Source: an uncultured Anaerolineales bacterium
GTDB lineage: Bacteria > Chloroflexota > Anaerolineae > B4-G1 > SLSP01
DNA: 46,387 nucleotides
Direction: 5' to 3'
Assembly: GCA_964452025.1 (NCBI GenBank)
Contig: CAYVKR010000001.1
Span: forward strand, 1-46,387
Shown: in pieces, positions 1 to 6,703 of the stretch
Position numbering within the stretch: position 1 is the first letter of the stretch
Layout: the number at the start of each line of letters is the position of its first letter
Made by a program: the position numbers and the translations under genes
Notes under the pieces: generated by a model
Databases searched by the model: none
Seen by the model: only the letters and a program-made list of their open reading frames with translations
Told to the model about the DNA's origin: nothing

Positions 1-166
1 CGCAGTTTCTACGATACGGAGGGCGTTTTCACCAGCAGACTCGCTTCGAAATCCCACCTCTGCCAAGTTCAGCACAACCTATCTATCCACTCGCAAGGTG
101 TAGCTGTATAATAACAGTTGAGGACTGTATGAGATCAAACACGTATCGGTCAACACCGTTCATGAG

Positions 167-448
167 ATGATGACGTCCATCACGGCATTGCTTATCGGCG
201 CGCTGGGTGTCCTCCTGGTGGTGGGAGCGCACGTGGGAACGCGCGTCAGCAGGCGACGTGCGCAGACTCGGTATCGATCGCTCATGGGAGACAACGTTAT
301 TGAGAACCGCGAGGCCGATATCTGGGCGGAGATACGTTCGTACGCCGGAATCTGGGGCTGCCTGACCATCCCCCTGCTCTTCCTGCGCGTCCTGGGCGCT
401 GCCGTCGCTTGCGGCGCGATGCTGTATTTGCTGTTTGGGGGTAGATAG
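167..448 (+). CDS. hypothetical small membrane protein (93 aa)
   Basis: GC3-rich codon pattern in this frame. Hydrophobic stretches ITALLIGALGVLLVVGA and LRVLGAAVACGAMLYLLF. TATAAT at 107-112 upstream. No family recognised. The overlapping minus-strand ORFs look like GC shadow ORFs. Confidence 0.4.
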   Translation: MMTSITALLIGALGVLLVVGAHVGTRVSRRRAQTRYRSLMGDNVIENREADIWAEIRSYAGIWGCLTIPLLFLRVLGAAVACGAMLYLLFGGR

Positions 449-478
449 GTCCATCTTACTGCGCTGGGGAGGGAAACC

Positions 479-1060
479 ATGACCCAAGCAACGGAGCGTT
501 CTATGACCAACGATGCTCGCAGAACATCGACACCTACGATCCACCCTACAGCTTTCGTCGCGCCTGGCGCTGTGGTCATCGGTGACGTGCGTCTGGCTGA
601 AGGGAGCAGCGTCTGGTTCAACGCCACCCTGCGCGGGGATATCGAACCGCTGATCATCGGCGCGCGCACCAACGTCCAGGATGGCTGTGTTTTTCACACC
701 TCACGGGGCTTTTCCGTGCTGTTGGCGGAAGGTGTGTCGGTGGGACACGCCGCCGTGATCCACGGCGCTACCGTCGGCGCCAACACGCTGGTCGGCATCG
801 GTGCGATCCTGCTCAACGGGGCGGAGGTCGGTGAGAACTGCATCGTCGCCGCCGGGTCCGTGGTCACCGAGGGCAAGCGCTTTCCGGCGGGCTCGCTGAT
901 CCTGGGGACACCGGCGCGTATGGTGAGACAGCTCACCGCAGCGGAGATCGAGCAAAACTGCAGTATCGCCGAACGCTACGTCCGGCGGGCTGCAAAGGAA
1001 CGTCAGTATAGAGATAGAAGAGGAGGCAAATATGGCACGAAAGAAGCAAACACGAGGTAA
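479..1060 (+). CDS. gamma-class carbonic anhydrase family protein (left-handed beta-helix, YrdA/PaaY-like)
   Basis: Hexapeptide-repeat signature VWFNATLRGDIEPLIIGARTNVQDGCVFHT followed by repeated [LIV]G motifs. GGAGG-like RBS (ggggaggg) just upstream of the ATG. Confidence 0.85.
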   Translation: MTQATERSMTNDARRTSTPTIHPTAFVAPGAVVIGDVRLAEGSSVWFNATLRGDIEPLIIGARTNVQDGCVFHTSRGFSVLLAEGVSVGHAAVIHGATVGANTLVGIGAILLNGAEVGENCIVAAGSVVTEGKRFPAGSLILGTPARMVRQLTAAEIEQNCSIAERYVRRAAKERQYRDRRGGKYGTKEANTR

Positions 1061-1718
1061 ATGCGTATTCTGTGGGCGCGAGATGACGCGCGGTGGTATG
1101 TCGCGCCATCTACGGGCTTGCCCGGAACGGGAGGCGGCCATCGAGGAAGCAGCAGAATCCTCGCACCCCTCCCAGACGCTGCACACGTTGCAGGTGAAAG
1201 ACGCCTGGGACGGCGATTACTGGCTCTATCTGGAGATGAAGGGCAAAGCGACGCTCCAGGATTTGGATCGCTATCTACGCGCCATCTGGCTGGAGTGCTG
1301 TGGCCATCTCAGCCGCTTCTCCATCGGTGGCTGGGGTAGCGATGAGATCCCCATGAGCCGGACCATTGACCAGGCCTTCGACTCAGACGTCGAGCTGACC
1401 CACATCTACGACTTCGGGAGCTCATCGCACACGCTGATCCAATCAATGGACACGCGCCAGGGCAAGCCCCTCACCCAACACCCGATCTATCTGATGGCCC
1501 GTAACCATCCGCCGGAGATTCCCTGCATGGAATGCGGTGAACCGGCAGCATGGCTCTGCCTGCAGTGCATGTATGAGCGCGAGGCATCTGGTGCACTCTG
1601 TGACAAGCATGTTGAGCAACATGAGGGACACGATAACTACGGTTCGCCGATGGAAATCGTCAACTCACCGCGTGTGGGGATGTGCGGCTACGCGGGGCCG
1701 GCGGAGCCGCCGTACTGA
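1032..1718 (+). CDS. pRiA4b ORF-3-like (MM3350-like) domain protein with N- and C-terminal Cys/His zinc-ribbon-like motifs
   Basis: Core pattern TLQDLDRYLRAIW...HLSRFSI...THIYDFGSSSHTLI resembles the PRiA4_ORF3 family (YDFGD.W.H). CxxC...HxxxC at the N-terminus, CxxC...CxxC...C..H...H at the C-terminus. Strong RBS aggagg 5-10 nt before the ATG. Confidence 0.6.
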   Translation: MARKKQTRGKCVFCGREMTRGGMSRHLRACPEREAAIEEAAESSHPSQTLHTLQVKDAWDGDYWLYLEMKGKATLQDLDRYLRAIWLECCGHLSRFSIGGWGSDEIPMSRTIDQAFDSDVELTHIYDFGSSSHTLIQSMDTRQGKPLTQHPIYLMARNHPPEIPCMECGEPAAWLCLQCMYEREASGALCDKHVEQHEGHDNYGSPMEIVNSPRVGMCGYAGPAEPPY

Positions 1719-1723
1719 ATCAG

Positions 1724-1760
1724 AAAAACCTCCGGGGATTGGGTACCTCGGAGGTTTTTT
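1724..1760. terminator. bidirectional intrinsic terminator hairpin between convergent genes
   Basis: aaaaaCCTCCG(1729-1734)...CGGAGG(1749-1754)tttttt. A-run on one side and T-run on the other. Confidence 0.6.
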
Positions 1761-1768
1761 CAGATTTG

Positions 1769-1799
1769 CCTTCCGGGATGCTCGAAGCATCCCGGAAGG
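1769..1799. terminator. perfect 13-bp hairpin (second terminator-like stem-loop)
   Basis: ccttccgggatgc (1769-1781), loop tcgaa, gcatcccggaagg (1787-1799). Lies 10 nt from the pheT stop. Confidence 0.45.
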
Positions 1800-1808
1800 T
1801 TTATGGTC

Positions 1809-4364
1809 CTACTCCCGCAGCGCTACGTCGAGGTTGTGCTTAAGGTAGCCGAGGATGCGACCCCGCAGTTTCTGTACGTCCTCCTCGCTAAGTGGGCGGT
1901 TCGGCGCCTGGTAGGTGAGGGCGAAGGCCAGGCTCTTTTTACCTTCAGCGACTTGCTCGCCCCGATAGACGTCGAAGAGCAAGGCGCGGACGACCAGACC
2001 CTGTCCGGCCTTGAGGATAGCGCGGCGGATTTCCTGCGCAGGCACGTCCTCGTCGACGACCAGCGCCAGATCCTGATGGACGGGGGCGTAGGTGGAGACG
2101 GGCGCGATTTCCTTGGCGGCTTCCGCCTGGCGGCTGGCTGCCAGTAGTACGTCCAGATCCCACTCCATCAGCGCGACGGGCTGCTCCGGCAGATCGAAGG
2201 CCTCGCGCACCAGCGGGTGTAGCTCGCCGACGGTGCCCAGCGTTTGCTCGCCCAGGCTGACCGCTGCGCTGCGTCCCGGGTGGAACGCCGGGTGATCGGC
2301 GCGTGTCCATTCAGCCTCACAAGTTAGATCCAGGCGGTGCAGCAGCGCTTCGACGATGCCCTTGAGATCGAAATAGTCCAGGGGCGCGCGGTCAGTCTCC
2401 TCGAACCAGCGCGGTTCCCTCGGCCCCGTGAGCAGGATGCCCACGCGGCGCGGTTCCGCCACGCCGGTCTCACCGGTCTCGGGATCGGGTGCGCCGCTTG
2501 TGTGGTAGATGCTGCCTACCTCGAAGATGGCGACGCGCTCCAGAAAGCGCAGGTTGTCCCAGGCGGTGTGCAGCAGGCCCGGGAGCAGCGTGCGGCGCAT
2601 CTGTGAGCGCTCCGGCGCCAGCGCGTTGCGCAGCGTCACCGGCGCGCCCGGCAGATCGAGGGCCTGATCCGGCGCGGGGTGGAGTCGCTCTTCGTCCTCG
2701 GGATCGACCAGCGAGTAGGAGATGATCTCGTCCAGGCCCAGGCCGACGAGGACGTCGCGGACGTGGTCGGCGCCTTCCAACGCCTCGTTGCGGCGTAGCG
2801 GCGGCATCTCCTCGTCGATGAGCGTGTGCGGGAAGCGGTCGTAGCCCCACATCCGCCCGATCTCCTCGACGAGATCGACGGGTCGCTCCACGTCCATGCG
2901 ATACGAGGGAACGGTGACCTTCCACTCCTTGGCGCCGCCGGTGACGGTCTTGGCCTCCTCGACGTGGAACTCCAGCGCGGTGAGGATGCGTTTCTGTTCC
3001 TTGACGGGCACCTTGATCCCCAGGATGCGGTCAGCCAGGGCCGGCGCGTAGCCGATGGTGGTCGGTTTGGGCTTGCCAGGGTAGAGATCGCCGACGTGGG
3101 GCTCGACGGTGCCGCCGGCGACCTGCGCCATCAGCTCGGCGGCGCGGGCAGCGGCGGTGAAGGCCAGCTCGGGATCGACGCGCTTGCCGAAGCGGCTGGA
3201 CGACTCGGTATGCATCTTGAGTTGCTGGGCCGTGCGTCGGGTGTTGATGAAGTCGAAGTTGGCGGACTCCAACAAGACGTTCGCCGTCTCCCCGCCGACC
3301 TCGCTCTCCAATCCGCCCATGACGCCGGCCACGGCCACGGGGCCGCCGCCGTCGGTGATCAGCAGCATCTCGTCGTCGAAGGTGCGGAGCACGTCGTCCA
3401 GTGTCGGCATCTGCTCCCTTTCTTCCGCGCGGCGCACGATGATGGCGGGCGTCTCCTGGCCCGCTGGAGTGCGCAGCACGGCGTAGTCAAAGGCATGGAG
3501 CGGCTGGCCCAGCTCCAGCATGACGTAGTTGGTCACGTCGACGATGTTGTTGATGGGGCGCACGCCGGCGCGGCGCAGGCGCGTTCGCATCCAGAAGGGC
3601 GCCGGGCCGATCTCCACGTCGCGGATCATGGTGGCGGTGTAGCGCGGGCAGAGTTCGGGATCGGCGATGGCGAGATCGACGAAATCCGGGTCGCGCGTGG
3701 CATTTAAGTCCAGGCGCCGGGCGGCCTCCAGCGGCTCGCGGTTCAGCGGGCGATCCAGCAGCGCGGCGACCTCTCGCGCGATACCGTAGACGGATTGCAG
3801 GTGCCCGAAGGGGCCTTTGATGTCGAAATTGAGCACGTAGTCGCCCAGCACCTCGACCAGCGGCACGCCTACAGGCGTCTCGTCGGGCAGATAGATGATG
3901 TCGGTCTGTTCCTCCGCCAGGCCCAGCTCCTTCTCGGAGCAGACCATGGCGCGCGACGGTACGCCGCGAATCTTCACCTGCCGCAGCGTCATGGCTTCCC
4001 AGCCCTCGATGTGACCGTTGTAGAGCGTGGCGCCCTCCCAGGCGAAGGCGACCTTGAGGTGCAGGTTGTCCTCGTCCAGATAGTCGAAGAGGCTGGGCGC
4101 GCCGGTCACGACGATCTCGTTCTCGTCGCTGCCGTAGTTCACCTCGGCGAGCACCAGCCGGTCGGCGTCGGGGTGGGGGCGCACGTTGACGACCTCGGCG
4201 GTAAGGATCTTCTCCGGGTCCCAGGGTAGGTCGGCCTCCGGGTGCCCGATGGCTTCAATGGCTTCTACTTCCATGCCGGCGAGCGTCAGTCGTTCGGCCA
4301 GCTCCTGTCCGGAAAGGTCGTTTAGATCAACATAGTCTTTTAGCCAAGATAAAGGTATTTTCAT
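1809..4364 (-). CDS. pheT: phenylalanine--tRNA ligase beta subunit
   Basis: 851-aa ORF. N-terminus MKIPLSWLKDYVDL, then tRNA-binding, B3/4, B5 and FDX-ACB-like segments typical of PheT. RBS aaggaga upstream. Confidence 0.97.
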   Translation of the reverse strand: MKIPLSWLKDYVDLNDLSGQELAERLTLAGMEVEAIEAIGHPEADLPWDPEKILTAEVVNVRPHPDADRLVLAEVNYGSDENEIVVTGAPSLFDYLDEDNLHLKVAFAWEGATLYNGHIEGWEAMTLRQVKIRGVPSRAMVCSEKELGLAEEQTDIIYLPDETPVGVPLVEVLGDYVLNFDIKGPFGHLQSVYGIAREVAALLDRPLNREPLEAARRLDLNATRDPDFVDLAIADPELCPRYTATMIRDVEIGPAPFWMRTRLRRAGVRPINNIVDVTNYVMLELGQPLHAFDYAVLRTPAGQETPAIIVRRAEEREQMPTLDDVLRTFDDEMLLITDGGGPVAVAGVMGGLESEVGGETANVLLESANFDFINTRRTAQQLKMHTESSSRFGKRVDPELAFTAAARAAELMAQVAGGTVEPHVGDLYPGKPKPTTIGYAPALADRILGIKVPVKEQKRILTALEFHVEEAKTVTGGAKEWKVTVPSYRMDVERPVDLVEEIGRMWGYDRFPHTLIDEEMPPLRRNEALEGADHVRDVLVGLGLDEIISYSLVDPEDEERLHPAPDQALDLPGAPVTLRNALAPERSQMRRTLLPGLLHTAWDNLRFLERVAIFEVGSIYHTSGAPDPETGETGVAEPRRVGILLTGPREPRWFEETDRAPLDYFDLKGIVEALLHRLDLTCEAEWTRADHPAFHPGRSAAVSLGEQTLGTVGELHPLVREAFDLPEQPVALMEWDLDVLLAASRQAEAAKEIAPVSTYAPVHQDLALVVDEDVPAQEIRRAILKAGQGLVVRALLFDVYRGEQVAEGKKSLAFALTYQAPNRPLSEEDVQKLRGRILGYLKHNLDVALRE

Positions 4365-4380
4365 GGTGTCTCCTTGTGTG

Positions 4381-4436
4381 TAGCGTGTTAGCGGTTCAGC
4401 GTTATAGCGTGGTAGCGGGTCAGCGGGTTAGCGTCT
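4381..4436. repeat. tandem array of 7 x 8-bp units YAGCGNNN
   Basis: tagcgtgt tagcggtt cagcgtta tagcgtgg tagcgggt cagcgggt tagcgtct, in perfect 8-bp phasing. Abuts the stop codon of the four-helix-bundle gene. Confidence 0.9.
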
Positions 4437-4816
4437 TAGTTGTATTTGCGGCCGGATTTCATCTGACGGGTCAGGCTGTTGATGAGGCCTTGCAGGGTTT
4501 TGCCGGTTTCGGCGCATAGGGCGCTGGTTGCCTGTTGGCGGTTTTCTGGAAGGTAGCCCAATCGTTTGGATAGGTGCAGATAGTATTGGACTTCGCTCAG
4601 CGAGCCTCGGGCCAGGTAGAGAAAGCGACGGAAGTCTTTCAGCGAGTGCCGTCCGCTGCCTTCTGCGATGTTGGCGGCGACGGAGACCGCCGCGCGGCGC
4701 AGCTGCGAAGTCAGCCCAAACTTCTCCTCGGAGGGGAAGTGTTCAGTCGCGTGATAGATCATCACGGTCAAGTCATCCGCTTTCTGCCAGGCCAACAATT
4801 TCCTGAAATCCCGCAT
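4436..4816 (-). CDS. four-helix-bundle protein (23S rRNA intervening-sequence protein / Avd-like family)
   Basis: 126 aa. LLAWQKADDL...FGLTSQLRRAAVSVAANIAEGSGR...FLYLARGSLSEVQYYLHLSKRLGYL is the hallmark pattern of the TIGR02436/PF05635 family. RBS aaggag. Confidence 0.9.
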   Translation of the reverse strand: MRDFRKLLAWQKADDLTVMIYHATEHFPSEEKFGLTSQLRRAAVSVAANIAEGSGRHSLKDFRRFLYLARGSLSEVQYYLHLSKRLGYLPENRQQATSALCAETGKTLQGLINSLTRQMKSGRKYN

Positions 4817-4864
4817 CTCCTTTTTCTCCCCTCCCGTATGGTACTCGTGCGATGAACATGCTCA

Positions 4865-4904
4865 TCGCTATGCCGCTACGACGCTAAATCGCTGTTCCGC
4901 TGAG
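4865..4904. repeat. tandem array of 5 x 8-bp units NCGCTRNN (inverted orientation relative to 4381-4436)
   Basis: tcgctatg ccgctacg acgctaaa tcgctgtt ccgctgag. Its reverse complement gives YAGCG octamers. Starts 1 nt after the pheS stop codon. Confidence 0.85.
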
Positions 4905-4905
4905 T

Positions 4906-5949
4906 TTAGAATTGTCGCAGGAAGCGCAGGTCGTTCCCGTAGTACATGCGAATGTCGTTCACGTCGTACTTCATCATGCTGGGACGCTCGACGCCGAAAC
5001 CGAAGGCGAAGCCGCTCCACTCGTCGGGATCGTAGCCGCCGTTCTCCAGCACGACGGGATGGACCATGCCCGCGCCGGCGATCTCCAGCCAGCCGGTGTA
5101 CTTGCAGACGCCGCAGCCCTCGCCGCCGCAGAGGATACAGTTGGTGTCCACCTCGATGCTGGGCTCGGTGAAGGGGAAGTAGGAGCTGCGGACGCGGATG
5201 TCCCGTCCCTTGCCGTAGAAGAGCTCGGCGAACTGGTGTACGGTACCGATGAGATCGGTGATGGCGATGTCGCGCCCGACGGCGAGACCCTCGACCTGGT
5301 AGAACTGATGCTCGCTGCGGGCCGTGATTTGCTCGTAGCGGTAGCACTTGCCGGGTAGGATCACGCGGATGGGCTCCGGCTCACCGGGGCCAGACGAGCG
5401 CTCGCGCATCACGCGGATCTGTCCCGGTGACGTGTGAGTGCGGAGCAGCCGCTGGTCGTCGACCCAGAAGGTGTCCCACATATCCCGCGCCGGATGGTAC
5501 GGTGGGATGTTGAGGAAGTCGAAGTTGTAGGTCTCCAGTTCCACGTCCGGCGCCTCGTAAACCTCGAAGCCCATGCGCCCGAAGATATCGTAGATCTGCC
5601 GCAGGGTCTGCGTGGTGAGGTGCAGGTGGCCCATTGGCGCAGGGCGACCGGGCAGCGTCACGTCGATGGCGCTTTCCGCCAGCTGTTTTTCCAGCTCCGC
5701 GTGCTTCAGCGTCTGAGTACGCGCGTCGTAGGCCGCTTCCAGCTCTTGCTTTATCTCGTTGACGCGCCGTCCGAACGCGGGTCTGTCCTCCGCAGGTAGT
5801 CCGCCGATCTTGCGCGTCTGCAAGGTGACTTTGCCCTTGCGTCCCAGGTAGGCCTTTTGCCACGCTTCAAGATCCTCCATGGTCTGGGTCTTACCCAGCG
5901 AGGATGCTGCTTCCTGGTGGACTTGTTCCAATTCCTCAAATGAATTCAT
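4906..5949 (-). CDS. pheS: phenylalanine--tRNA ligase alpha subunit
   Basis: 347 aa. Class II aaRS motifs including FPFTEPSIEVD and GFAFGFGVERPSMMKY. RBS gaaggagg upstream. Confidence 0.97.
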   Translation of the reverse strand: MNSFEELEQVHQEAASSLGKTQTMEDLEAWQKAYLGRKGKVTLQTRKIGGLPAEDRPAFGRRVNEIKQELEAAYDARTQTLKHAELEKQLAESAIDVTLPGRPAPMGHLHLTTQTLRQIYDIFGRMGFEVYEAPDVELETYNFDFLNIPPYHPARDMWDTFWVDDQRLLRTHTSPGQIRVMRERSSGPGEPEPIRVILPGKCYRYEQITARSEHQFYQVEGLAVGRDIAITDLIGTVHQFAELFYGKGRDIRVRSSYFPFTEPSIEVDTNCILCGGEGCGVCKYTGWLEIAGAGMVHPVVLENGGYDPDEWSGFAFGFGVERPSMMKYDVNDIRMYYGNDLRFLRQF

Positions 5950-5975
5950 CCGTCTGCCTCCTTCTCTCCGTTGTT

Positions 5976-6050
5976 TAGTCGTTTAGTCACTTAGTCGGAT
6001 AGTCAGACTATCAGGCTACGTGACTATCTGACTATTTGACTACCGGACTA
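5976..6050. repeat. back-to-back inverted octamer arrays: 4 x TAGTC units then 6 x GACTA units
   Basis: TAGTC at 5976, 5984, 5992 and 6000. GACTA (one degenerate GGCTA) at 6006, 6014, 6022, 6030, 6038 and 6046, all in 8-bp phase. Central perfect palindrome gatagtc-a-gactatc at 5998-6012. Confidence 0.85.
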
Positions 6051-6051
6051 T

Positions 6052-6400
6052 AAAACAAAAGCGCTCCCGTCCCTGCTGGGACGAGAGCGCAACTCCCGTG
6101 GTACCACCCTGTTTGCCCCAGTTTTGGACTAGGGCCACTCAGTCTCACAGCCACGCTGGCGATGAGGTCTCCCGTTAACGCCGGGCGAACGGAGCCGCTT
6201 ATTCAGTTGTGTAATCGGATAGTCTGGTCGTCGTTAATCAGGTAGTTCTCTGCTGAATGCTTGGACTATCAGACTATATGACTACCTTTCAGCGGTCAGC
6301 TCAGAGGCGAACTTCGCTAGGCCTTCACCGGGCGGGGCTTCCAGTCATCGACCCTGCTTCCCTGGCGGTTTCAGCGTAGTTACTCTTCCTCTTCGCAGCC
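6052..6400 (-). promoter_or_regulatory. T-box riboswitch leader (probable Phe, UUC specifier) controlling pheST
   Basis: Read on the minus strand. Stem I base GCGAAGAGGAAGAGUA (6396-6381). AG-bulge-like CCAGGGAAGC. Distal-loop-like CCGGUGAAGG. Candidate specifier GCGAAG-UUC-G (UUC = plus 6311-6309). F-box-like GGCGUUAACGGGAG (6182-6169). T-box sequence AACAGGGUGGUACCACGGGAG (6113-6093). Terminator of 13 bp, GCGCUCUCGUCCC/GGGACGGGAGCGC (6090-6061), followed by UUUUGUUUU (6060-6052). Confidence 0.85.
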
Positions 6401-6451
6401 TTTGCATATGTGCGGGTCCATTTTCCGACAACAGACCGCTTTCTGATCCCC

Positions 6452-6479
6452 ATTATCTTTGAATTGGCATCTTTGTCAA
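6452..6479 (-). promoter_or_regulatory. sigma70-type promoter for the T-box/pheST transcript
   Basis: Minus strand: TTGACA (6479-6474), 16-nt spacer, GATAAT (6457-6452). This places the start about 45 nt upstream of T-box Stem I. Confidence 0.55.
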
Positions 6480-6703
6480 GATTTTGCACGAGTGTCGGAA
6501 AGGAGAAGGGGCCTGAAAAAGCGTGGCCCCCCGGAGAGGGGGGTCCGGGGGACCAACAGCCAAGGAAAGGAGGAGAGATGCGATCTCTCTCTAACTACGT
6601 TCTATTTACCATGATACTAGAATGGTTAGCTAGGCATAGTGACGAATGACAGGTTGTAATGTGATGGACATCAACGCCGTCCTTCAAGAGCCTCTCATGT
6701 TCA

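Noticed and set aside
83-697. Minus-strand ORFs of 204 and 170 aa at the window start
   Set aside because: They overlap both the + strand membrane-protein ORF and the start of the gamma-CA gene. Low-complexity Arg/Ser/Ala-rich sequence, with no RBS or motif.
1945-4229. Multiple ORFs of 67-293 aa antisense to or out of frame with pheT (for example 2826..3707 +, 2470..2925 -)
   Set aside because: Arg/Ala/Gly/Pro-rich translations typical of shadow ORFs in high-GC DNA. They lie fully inside an unambiguous pheT reading frame.
4436-4816. Four-helix-bundle (Avd-like) gene as part of a diversity-generating retroelement
   Set aside because: There is no reverse transcriptase ORF and I saw no template/variable repeat pair anywhere in the window. 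The neighbours are pheS and pheT.
4381-6050. Octamer arrays as a possible CRISPR array
   Set aside because: The units are only 8 bp and directly tandem, with no unique spacers. There are no cas genes or leader. The arrays occur as inverted pairs, which fits hairpin-forming repeats rather than CRISPR.
6410-6649. 79-aa + strand ORF between the T-box promoter and the permease gene
   Set aside because: It overlaps the predicted minus-strand promoter and GC-rich hairpins (6508-6543) that look like the permease terminator region. No RBS and a low-complexity G/P/E-rich product.
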